Positions 11,890-19,824 of a stretch of DNA of 64,000 nucleotides are shown here, in pieces (position 1 is the first letter of the stretch; each line of letters starts with the position of its first letter). The stretch lies in NCBI RefSeq assembly GCF_030013205.1, contig NZ_CP122648.1; one strand, given 5' to 3'. The notes below the pieces were generated by a model that made no database searches, was not told the origin of the DNA, and saw nothing but the letters and a program-made list of their open reading frames with translations. Source of the stretch: Escherichia coli (GTDB lineage: Bacteria > Pseudomonadota > Gammaproteobacteria > Enterobacterales > Enterobacteriaceae). The translations under genes were made by a program, and so were the position numbers.

Positions 11890-14166
11890 TTAATGCGCTG
11901 CTTCCGCCTTGTGCTTTTGTGCACTCTGGAATCCGTAAGTCAGCTCATTTTTCTCTTTATCCAGCGCGACGGTGACCTGACCGCCGTCCACCAGCGAACC
12001 AAACAACAGTTCGTTGGCGAGCGGTTTTTTCAGGTTGTCCTGGATGACACGCGCCATCGGACGTGCGCCCATTGCCCGGTCGTAACCTTTCTCGGCTAGC
12101 CAGTTACGCGCTTCCTGGCTCACTTCCAGAGAAACACCTTTCTGATCCAACTGAACCTGCAACTCGACGATGAATTTATCCACTACCTGATGGATCACGT
12201 CGGTTGACAGATGATCGAACCAGATAATGTTGTCGAGACGGTTACGAAACTCCGGCGTAAAGATCTTCTTGATCTCTTCCATCGCATCGGTGCTGTTGTC
12301 CTGGTGGATAAGACCAATCGATTTACGCTCAGTTTCTCGTACCCCAGCGTTGGTGGTCATCACCAATACCACGTTACGGAAGTCCGCTTTGCGTCCGTTG
12401 TTATCGGTCAGCGTACCGTTGTCCATCACCTGCAACAGAATATTGAACACGTCCGGGTGCGCTTTCTCGATTTCGTCCAGCAGCAGCACCGCATGTGGAT
12501 GCTTGATGACCGCATCAGTCAGCAAACCGCCCTGATCAAAACCAACGTATCCCGGAGGCGCACCAATCAGACGGCTGACGGTATGGCGTTCCATATACTC
12601 GGACATATCAAAGCGCAGAAGCTCAATGCCCAAAGCTTTCGAAAGCTGTAGCGTCACCTCTGTTTTCCCGACCCCGGTAGGGCCGGCAAACAGGAACGAA
12701 CCGACCGGTTTATGTTCGTGACCTAAACCTGCACGCGCCATCTTAATGGCTTCAGTCAGCGCCTCGATGGCTTTATCCTGACCGAAGACCAGCATTTTCA
12801 GGCGATCGCCGAGGTTTTTCAGGGTATCGCGGTCACTCTGAGAAACACTCTTCTCTGGAATGCGCGCAATACGGGCCACCACGGACTCAATATCCGCCAC
12901 ATTAACGGTTTTCTTGCGTTTGCTTACCGGCATCAGGCGTGCGCGAGCGCCCGCTTCGTCGATAACGTCAATGGCTTTATCCGGCAGATGACGATCGTTA
13001 ATGTATTTCACCGCCAGCTCTACCGCTGCACGCACCGCTTTTGCGGTATAACGCACGTCGTGGTGCGCTTCATACTTCGGTTTCAGGCCATTGATGATTT
13101 GAACAGTTTCTTCGATCGACGGTTCAGTAATATCAATTTTCTGGAAGCGACGCGCCAGAGCACGGTCTTTCTCGAAAATGTTGCTGAACTCCTGATAGGT
13201 TGTCGAACCAATTACGCGAATTTTACCGCTGGAGAGCAACGGTTTGATTAGGTTAGCCGCATCGACCTGACCACCAGACGCTGCACCCGCACCGATAATG
13301 GTGTGGATCTCATCAATAAACAGGATGCTGTTAGTGTCCTGCTCCAGCTGCTTGAGCAACGCTTTAAAACGTTTTTCAAAGTCGCCGCGATATTTTGTGC
13401 CCGCTAACAGAGAACCGATATCGAGAGAGTAAATCGTACAGTCAGCCATCACTTCCGGCACATCGCCCTGAACAATTCGCCAGGCAAGACCTTCTGCAAT
13501 CGCGGTTTTACCGACACCAGATTCCCCCACCAGCAGCGGGTTGTTTTTACGGCGACGGCAGAGAACCTGAATAGCACGCTCCAGCTCCTTCTCACGACCA
13601 ATCAGTGGGTCGATTCCGCCCACGCGCGCAAGCTGATTCAGGTTCGTCGTGAAATTCTCCATACGTTCCTCCCCACCAGCTTGTTCTTCGCTGTTTGGCT
13701 GGCTGCCAGGATCAGAAGACTGTGTCGGCTCGTCTTTACGCGTGCCATGAGAGATAAAGTTCACCACATCGAGACGGCTGACTTCATGTTTACGCAACAG
13801 ATATGCCGCCTGCGACTCCTGTTCGCTAAAGATAGCGACCAGAACGTTTGCACCGGTAACCTCATTGCGACCGGAGGACTGGACATGGAAGACCGCACGT
13901 TGCAGTACACGCTGAAAACTCAGCGTCGGCTGTGTGTCGCGCTCCTCTTCACTGGCAGGCAGAACAGGTGTGGTTTGTTCAATAAAGGCTTCCAGTTCCT
14001 GACGGAGCGCAACCAAATCCACAGAACACGCTTCCAGCGCCTCCCGGGCAGATGGGTTACTGAGCAGCGCCAGTAACAAGTGCTCGACGGTCATAAACTC
14101 ATGACGGTGCTCGCGCGCTCTGGCGAAAGCCATATTTAAACTGAGTTCCAGTTCTTGATTGAGCAT
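11890..14166 (-). CDS. clpA: ATP-dependent Clp protease ATP-binding subunit ClpA
   Basis: 758 aa from [24 protein letters not shown]; two AAA+ modules ([16 protein letters not shown]). Confidence 0.95.
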   Translation of the reverse strand: MLNQELELSLNMAFARAREHRHEFMTVEHLLLALLSNPSAREALEACSVDLVALRQELEAFIEQTTPVLPASEEERDTQPTLSFQRVLQRAVFHVQSSGRNEVTGANVLVAIFSEQESQAAYLLRKHEVSRLDVVNFISHGTRKDEPTQSSDPGSQPNSEEQAGGEERMENFTTNLNQLARVGGIDPLIGREKELERAIQVLCRRRKNNPLLVGESGVGKTAIAEGLAWRIVQGDVPEVMADCTIYSLDIGSLLAGTKYRGDFEKRFKALLKQLEQDTNSILFIDEIHTIIGAGAASGGQVDAANLIKPLLSSGKIRVIGSTTYQEFSNIFEKDRALARRFQKIDITEPSIEETVQIINGLKPKYEAHHDVRYTAKAVRAAVELAVKYINDRHLPDKAIDVIDEAGARARLMPVSKRKKTVNVADIESVVARIARIPEKSVSQSDRDTLKNLGDRLKMLVFGQDKAIEALTEAIKMARAGLGHEHKPVGSFLFAGPTGVGKTEVTLQLSKALGIELLRFDMSEYMERHTVSRLIGAPPGYVGFDQGGLLTDAVIKHPHAVLLLDEIEKAHPDVFNILLQVMDNGTLTDNNGRKADFRNVVLVMTTNAGVRETERKSIGLIHQDNSTDAMEEIKKIFTPEFRNRLDNIIWFDHLSTDVIHQVVDKFIVELQVQLDQKGVSLEVSQEARNWLAEKGYDRAMGARPMARVIQDNLKKPLANELLFGSLVDGGQVTVALDKEKNELTYGFQSAQKHKAEAAH

Positions 14167-14196
14167 AGGCACCTCCCCCAATTTTTATGCCTGCAT

Positions 14197-14517
14197 TCAG
14201 GCTTTTTCTAGCGTACACAGCAATGGATGCTCATTCTCCCTCGCGTACTTGTTCACCATCGCCACTTTGGTTTCTGCAACCTCGGCGGTAAAGACTCCGC
14301 AAATGGCCTTCCCCTGGTAGTGAACAGCGAGCATCAATTGCGTTGCACGTTCTACATCATAAGAAAAGAATTTTTGTAACACGTCAATAACAAACTCCAT
14401 CGGAGTGTAATCATCATTGACTAATATCACTTTATACATAGATGGCGGTTTTAGCGCGTCGCGAACTTTTTCTTCCGCCAGTTGATCAAAGTCCAGCCAG
14501 TCGTTCGTTTTACCCAT
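14197..14517 (-). CDS. clpS: ClpA adaptor protein ClpS
   Basis: 106 aa [51 protein letters not shown]... Confidence 0.95.
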
Positions 14518-14603
14518 TGTCAGTTATCATCTTCGGTTACGGTTATCGGCAGAACGCCCTGCCGCTGACAAGAGCTTATTTGCCTGACCAATCTACTCCA
14601 CAT

Positions 14604-14622
14604 GATAGATAACTATCATTTA
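14604..14622. repeat. Putative attL core (gatagataactatcattta)
   Basis: 17/19 identical to 25213-25231. Confidence 0.5.
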
Positions 14623-14691
14623 TATCATTTAGTTAATTAGTCTTTATTTTTCATTATGTTGCAAATAACAACCCCGTCAAAAACAGTGATA

Positions 14692-14714
14692 TTAACTACA
14701 CCATTAACTACACC
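14692..14714. promoter_or_regulatory. Putative integrase arm-type sites (ttaactacaccattaactacacc) followed by cgaacaa repeats
   Basis: Tandem 11-mer direct repeat; a near-identical copy lies at 25069-25091 just upstream of the int start. Confidence 0.45.
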
Positions 14715-15303
14715 GCTTCACGAACAATATCGAACAACCGCGAACAAAGATCAACACGCTTTAATCATTATCATTTTCCGGCTATCCGTCATGAAGCTGG
14801 TGGATGATCTGCGTGGTGATTTCCACCATTCAGAGCAGGGGCGGTCATCATGACCATGCCATAACAAAAACCCCATATTCGTGGTTTTTCTGTGTCGGGG
14901 CTATTCTGCTGTTGCCGTGCTGGTGGATATTCTCCGGTATGCGGCTCCCCATATCGGCATCAGGCCCACCAGCGTGAAGCGTTTTTCATTTTTCGCGGGT
15001 ATAAAAAATCGATGGGGCGGGCAGTCCTGAAGACGTCAGGGTACGGAGATTTGACCCGCCCCTCCCTGTGCATGAGCACAATAAGTAACCGAAGGCGGAA
15101 TTCCGCCCTCGGTACTTACATATGAGAAACGATATTTCTTCCACCGATACCCTTTATTTGGGTATTGCGAGTAAGCCCCAAAATCTGGGTGTTACTCTTA
15201 CTACCCAAACTACGGGTAGTTTCCGTAGTTTCATGGTCGAGTTGCAAATCTGCAACTCACCCACCAGCCAACGCAATTTTGCGTTATCGGGAATATCAGC
15301 AAG

Positions 15304-15591
15304 TTACCGCCGCAGTCGTTCCGGCTTCTTCCACTGGTAAGTATTTTTCGCGCTCTCCCTCCGTTGTTGAGAACGGCGACGGTATGCCAGCAACTCAAGG
15401 ACTCTGGTTCGTATGTTGCGCATATCCACGCCGTTAAGCTCAATACCATCACGGCGCATCACCTCAGCAACAACACGCGCGTAATTTTCAGCGGTGACTG
15501 TATCCGGCTGCGCGGCCTGTTCGTCAGCCAACTGGCTGATTCCACCAGCACAGCGGATTAATCGCAGTATTTCAGATTCGGTCATTATCAT
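15304..15591 (-). CDS. Hypothetical protein (95 aa), island packaging module
   Basis: ORF overlaps the terS-like stop by 4 nt; no recognisable motif. Confidence 0.45.
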   Translation of the reverse strand: MIMTESEILRLIRCAGGISQLADEQAAQPDTVTAENYARVVAEVMRRDGIELNGVDMRNIRTRVLELLAYRRRSQQRRESAKNTYQWKKPERLRR

Positions 15592-16073
15592 GCCTGTTTT
15601 GCGACCTCATTCACTACGTCATTTTTTACCATCCGGCTGATAATCTGATTACACAAATCGTCAATAATTGACTGCACTCTGTTTACTGCCATCGGTTTAA
15701 GCCCGGCATCACGTGCCAGAATATTGGGGAGTTTTGCCAGTTCCTCGCTTACGATTTCCCCCCATATAGCCATCTCTTTTCGCACATCATCGGCGGGTAT
15801 GAGTTGCGCCGTTTCCTGTTCGAACTTGAGGCGTTCACGTTCGGACTGATACCAGGCCTTACGGTCTTGTGGCTCCATTTCTTCCAGTGATGCCGGAACG
15901 GGAAGATCAAGAAAACAGGTCAGAATGTCAGTCACCCGATAGAGTTTCAGCTTGTCATGCCCTCCGGCTGGCTGGATGTTTTTCAGCCTTGCCGCCGCAG
16001 TCTGACGACATATTCCCGCTATCGCCGCCAGTTGATTAATGTTCAGCATCAGATTTTTCAGTTCTCGATCCAT
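15588..16073 (-). CDS. Phage small terminase-like protein (Nu1-like HTH DNA-packaging protein)
   Basis: Start placed at MDRELKNLM (GGAGCGGGT SD); N-terminal HTH LNINQLAAIAGICRQTAAARL; layout resembles lambda Nu1. Confidence 0.55.
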   Translation of the reverse strand: MDRELKNLMLNINQLAAIAGICRQTAAARLKNIQPAGGHDKLKLYRVTDILTCFLDLPVPASLEEMEPQDRKAWYQSERERLKFEQETAQLIPADDVRKEMAIWGEIVSEELAKLPNILARDAGLKPMAVNRVQSIIDDLCNQIISRMVKNDVVNEVAKQA

Positions 16074-16226
16074 ACCCGCTCCAGAATGTTTTAAACATGC
16101 ATCTTGCGAACAACTTTCAGAAGAGGTCAAAAAATGCGCTATATGTTGAGCATAAAACAAGCAAAATTAACATGCCAAAAATAAAAATACTTAAAATTCA
16201 ATACAATATGAAGATGATGATGACGA

Positions 16227-16306
16227 ATGAAAATGCAAAAACTAGCCTTTTTCCGCGCCGCTCCCGCCCCGTGGCAGACCACTCCACCGGGAGGACCCGT
16301 AAAAAA
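16227..16306. repeat. 80 bp conserved element, copy 1 (~92% identical to 18761-18840)
   Basis: atgaaaatgcaaaaac..ccgggaggacccgtaaaaaag; lies between the capsid terminator and terS. Confidence 0.8.
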
Positions 16307-16324
16307 GGCGGCTGTCGCCGCCCT
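16299..16324 (-). terminator. Rho-independent terminator after the protease-capsid gene
   Basis: Minus strand ggcggcgacagccgcc followed by ttttttta. Confidence 0.6.
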
Positions 16325-16329
16325 TGTTG

Positions 16330-18243
16330 TCATGCTCCACTCGATTTCAGTAATCCGCGATAATCGAGGGCCGCGACACCTGCATCTATGCGCACTTTCC
16401 AGGCGACACCATCAACAGTAAAGCCCACCTGCTCCTCAAGATATGGCGTATCCATACCATCAAGATAAGCGACTTCTATTGTGTCCATCCCCTTAGCTGC
16501 GGCTACATACCATTCCTTGCTATTGGCCTTATCAAGACGTGGCTCAACAATTACTTCTGCCATATCTTTCACCACGTTAATGATGCCGGGGTTCTGATTG
16601 ATAGTGCTCTCATCACCAACCGGAAAGACTGATGACGATGACAGAATGGCGCGACGCGCGGCAGATTCCAGCGCGGCAGGGACCAGAACAAAAGCAGGGG
16701 TAATATTCAGTGAGTCGCCGTTAGCATCCTCCTGGAGGCGCATCAGCTTACGGGCTTCATCAAGCCCCACCATGTCCATATCCTTCGCAATAAGATTTTT
16801 ATGATCGGCATGGAATAACGCTTTACCATCCGTAAATTTGCCGTTGCTGGTTAACAGAAGATAAACCAGATTACCTACTGTTCTGGCGGCCGCACGCCCC
16901 ATCGCCATGGGGATTGTAGTTAACTGGGTCAGGTCATCGTTGATAATGGCCTGACGGGTAACAGAAAAAATATTACCGTATGTGGCCAGCGCAATAGGTA
17001 CACCTTTATCGCTGGTGGTGATGTATTTATATTCCGCACCTTCCGGTACTTTATCCAGCTTTGAAAAACCATTCAGACCAACGCGCTTTGCTTCATGAAA
17101 GTTTGAAAGCGATCCGGTACGCGTCCATTTCTGGAACGTTTCGCCGCTGTCCTGCCAGCCTTTCAGCACTGATTTTTCAGCACCACCAGCCAGAATATGA
17201 GAAAAATCGCTGCTGCTGTGTGTGAAAGCTGCATTAACGACCTGCGAGCGATTTAAAAAACTGCCAACACTGATACCACGATCAGTTAGTGATGCCTGGG
17301 CCATTTCAAAAAGGCTCATCATCGCGTAAGGATTTCCCCGCTCTGGGCGTTCATACCCAAGACGAGAATAAAGCCCCTGACGAATTGCATCGCCTGTTAT
17401 GTTCCCGTTACCGGCATAAATATGAGTCGGGATATTTTTATTGGATGGCGTGGACTCGCGCCCCAGCTCGTTCAACAACTTTTCACGGGCCATCTCCGGT
17501 GTACATGATGCATCCTCCAGGCACGCCATTTTGATCCCGTCGTAACGACTGCCGAACAGGCTAAACACTTCACTTATTCCGTTGATGCGCTTCTGTTCAT
17601 TACCAGCAATATTGGCTGCTCCCTGTGGCGGGGTAATCATTCCTTTAATGGTTTCAGGCATGTGTGAAAAATCTCCTGTGCGTTTCGATTCAATTCGCGC
17701 CATTGCTGTGACAGATGGCAACAATTCATCAGCAAAACCGTGCTTAAGGCATTCTTTCCCGTCCATCCAGGTTTCATCTTCCAGCATGGCGGTAATTTCC
17801 TGTGCTGATTTGCCCGTTTTTCTGGCATAAGCAGGGACTAACACGGTTTCCACCTTATCCAGCAAATCAGCATAATCACGCATATCACCAGCATTTCCGC
17901 CAGAGATACCCCACGGCTTATGTATCATCATCATGGCGTTTTCCGGCATCACAACACGATCGCCAGCCATTGCGACAACCGAAGCCATTGAAGCCGCAAC
18001 ACCATCGATATAAACCGTAATTTCTGCCGGATGATTCCGTAACAGGTTATAGATGGCGATGCCTTCAAACACGTCACCACCTGGCGAATGGATCCGCAGG
18101 TCGATATGTGAGACATCGCCCAGGGCTTTCAGGTCTTCCGCAAACTGCTTCGCGGTAATACCGAAGCCGCCAATTTCTTCATAGATGGATATTTCTGCCG
18201 CTCCGCGAACACCCAGCGCCTTAATGGTGTACCAGTGATTCAT
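16330..18243 (-). CDS. Fused prohead protease (ClpP-like) / major capsid protein
   Basis: 637 aa; N-terminal ~200 aa with ClpP-like serine-protease motif (IHSPGGDV); C-terminal ~430 aa of major-capsid size and character. Confidence 0.7.
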   Translation of the reverse strand: MNHWYTIKALGVRGAAEISIYEEIGGFGITAKQFAEDLKALGDVSHIDLRIHSPGGDVFEGIAIYNLLRNHPAEITVYIDGVAASMASVVAMAGDRVVMPENAMMMIHKPWGISGGNAGDMRDYADLLDKVETVLVPAYARKTGKSAQEITAMLEDETWMDGKECLKHGFADELLPSVTAMARIESKRTGDFSHMPETIKGMITPPQGAANIAGNEQKRINGISEVFSLFGSRYDGIKMACLEDASCTPEMAREKLLNELGRESTPSNKNIPTHIYAGNGNITGDAIRQGLYSRLGYERPERGNPYAMMSLFEMAQASLTDRGISVGSFLNRSQVVNAAFTHSSSDFSHILAGGAEKSVLKGWQDSGETFQKWTRTGSLSNFHEAKRVGLNGFSKLDKVPEGAEYKYITTSDKGVPIALATYGNIFSVTRQAIINDDLTQLTTIPMAMGRAAARTVGNLVYLLLTSNGKFTDGKALFHADHKNLIAKDMDMVGLDEARKLMRLQEDANGDSLNITPAFVLVPAALESAARRAILSSSSVFPVGDESTINQNPGIINVVKDMAEVIVEPRLDKANSKEWYVAAAKGMDTIEVAYLDGMDTPYLEEQVGFTVDGVAWKVRIDAGVAALDYRGLLKSSGA

Positions 18244-18449
18244 TGCTCCCCCCCAGATGCAAAACCATTCTTATCAAGCCACGCGTTAACCGCGTGTCTG
18301 ACAATCTGCGCCGCACCTGGTAATGGTTGGTCAGGATGATGATTTATGTGGTCGATCCTGTACTGCTTAAGGCGCATAACGGTCTGCGCATCCAGATGAA
18401 CGGAACCACCTTTTACCTCGCCTGTGTTCAGGTCGTTAATACAATTCAC
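18240..18449 (-). CDS. Hypothetical small protein (69 aa), translationally coupled to the capsid gene
   Basis: GTG start with AAGAGGAAG SD; stop overlaps the capsid ATG. Confidence 0.5.
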   Translation of the reverse strand: MNCINDLNTGEVKGGSVHLDAQTVMRLKQYRIDHINHHPDQPLPGAAQIVRHAVNAWLDKNGFASGGEQ

Positions 18450-18549
18450 AGTAACTTCCTCTTACTGACTAAACTGCGCGCATTATTGATCGATAAAAGT
18501 GGTAGATAAACATATTTCTATCATAAAAATAGATTAATCAGATTCAGAC

Positions 18550-18575
18550 ACAAAAAAGCCGGAGAGAATCCGGCA
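18550..18575 (-). terminator. Rho-independent terminator-like hairpin (gccggattctctccggc followed by T6)
   Basis: Minus-strand stem-loop plus U-run ~100 nt upstream of the 69 aa ORF. Confidence 0.55.
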
Positions 18576-18760
18576 TAAATATCCCGCCATCTGAACACGT
18601 TTTGCACAGGCAACTCCATCTGGCAGGTGAAAAACAAATTTATTTATATATTTCAATTAATTGCAAACTGGTCTAATGACAGGGAGAAAAAAATATTGTA
18701 CAGGTGAAAACAGAAATAACTTTTAATTATCAATAAATTACTACACATGCTGCCGCCGCC

Positions 18761-18840
18761 ATGAAAATGCAAAAACCAGCCTTTTTCCGCGACGCTCCCG
18801 CCCCGTGGCAGGTCACTACACCGGGAGGACCCATAAAAAA
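18761..18840. repeat. 80 bp conserved element, copy 2
   Basis: ~92% identical to 16227-16306. Confidence 0.8.
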
Positions 18841-18858
18841 GCCGGATTGCTCCGGCTT
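18833..18858 (-). terminator. Rho-independent terminator after the SSB-like gene
   Basis: Minus strand gccggagcaatccggc followed by ttttttat. Confidence 0.6.
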
Positions 18859-18872
18859 CTGTTACTCGTTGC

Positions 18873-19295
18873 TTAAAACGGTATGTTATCCCCGTACGGA
18901 TCATCATTTCCCGCCTGTTGTTTTGCTCTGCTCAGTGCATCAGTAGCCTGCCCCTGTTGGCCTTTTTTGCCGCCCGGTCGCGCCGTTCTCGCACTGATTA
19001 CGCTGTCTGCGATAACCTGCCAGCCCTGCCGCGTCTCCCCGTTCTGTCCGGTCCACTGGCTCACCTGCATGTTACCCGCCACGCTCAGGAGTTCACCCTT
19101 GCGGTGCTTTGCCAGTGCTTCGGCCTGTCTGCCAAACGCCAGGACGGATAACCACATCGTCGCCGTTCCGTCATCTGCCTGGCTGCACGGAAGTGGGACC
19201 GCCATACTCGCCATCGTCATTTGTGTACCCTTGCTGGTGGTCTTTAACTGCGGGTCAGCCACCAGCCGCCCGTAAGCCGCTATCTGTGCTGTCAT
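18873..19295 (-). CDS. Single-stranded DNA-binding protein-like
   Basis: 140 aa; OB-fold-like N-terminus (GRLVADPQLK...), Gly/Gln-rich tail ending DDPYGDNIPF, resembling the SSB acidic tip DDDIPF. Confidence 0.65.
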   Translation of the reverse strand: MTAQIAAYGRLVADPQLKTTSKGTQMTMASMAVPLPCSQADDGTATMWLSVLAFGRQAEALAKHRKGELLSVAGNMQVSQWTGQNGETRQGWQVIADSVISARTARPGGKKGQQGQATDALSRAKQQAGNDDPYGDNIPF

Positions 19296-19537
19296 GCTGT
19301 CTGCTCTCCGGTTTTAACGTTGATGGTTGTCACCTGTTCCGCTTCGGCAATCTCCCGTTCTGTCAGCGTGGCAAAGTTTGCAGCTGCCGTTGTCATGAAT
19401 GAGCTAATCAGTTCGGGATGTGCTTTCGCATATCCTTCCCCGGCGTTGCGGTCGATGATTTTTATCGACACCCTTAACCAGTGTTCCGTCAAATCAAGGG
19501 CGTGCGATTGTGATTTTTTTGTGTGCTTCGCTGTCAT
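19292..19537 (-). CDS. Hypothetical protein (81 aa)
   Basis: ORF between the ori and the SSB-like gene; overlaps the ssb start by 4 nt. Confidence 0.45.
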   Translation of the reverse strand: MTAKHTKKSQSHALDLTEHWLRVSIKIIDRNAGEGYAKAHPELISSFMTTAAANFATLTEREIAEAEQVTTINVKTGEQTA

Positions 19538-19584
19538 AGGCTTTATCTCACAGCAGTAAATTAAAATTTTTGCGTTTTAACCCT

Positions 19585-19812
19585 TCACCTGTTCACCTTT
19601 TGATATTTTATCTTTTAATTCATAATGTTAAGGGGTGAACAGTTTCACAAAAACTATTCACCAACTGTTCACCACTGTTCACCCTTGAAGCTCAATAAAC
19701 AATCAAAAAGGTGAACAGTGAATAGTTTGGTGAACAGTTCATAAATAACTGTTCACCCTATAACATACTGATACAAAAGATATTTATGACAGGGTGAACA
19801 GTGGTGAACAGT
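19585..19812. promoter_or_regulatory. Putative replication origin: iteron cluster (at least 9 copies of GTGAACAG/CTGTTCAC) in AT-rich DNA
   Basis: Repeats at about 19587, 19634, 19665, 19676, 19710, 19729, 19750, 19794, 19803 in both orientations, immediately 3' of the primase gene. Confidence 0.65.
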
Positions 19813-19824
19813 TATTCCATAAGT

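Noticed and set aside
16227-16421. Conserved antisense mini-ORFs beginning MKMQK at both copies of the 80 bp repeat (16227..16421 and 18761..18946)
   Set aside because: Sequence identity ends at the repeat boundary and all six substitutions between copies change the amino acid; protein-coding conservation is not supported.
18653-18907. 84 aa minus-strand ORF across the second 80 bp repeat
   Set aside because: It spans the SSB terminator and the repeat element, has no SD, and looks like a chance ORF in a regulatory region.
19585-19812. Possible CRISPR array at the GTGAACAG repeat cluster
   Set aside because: Repeats are only 8 bp, occur in both orientations with irregular short spacing, and no cas genes are present; an iteron origin is the better fit.
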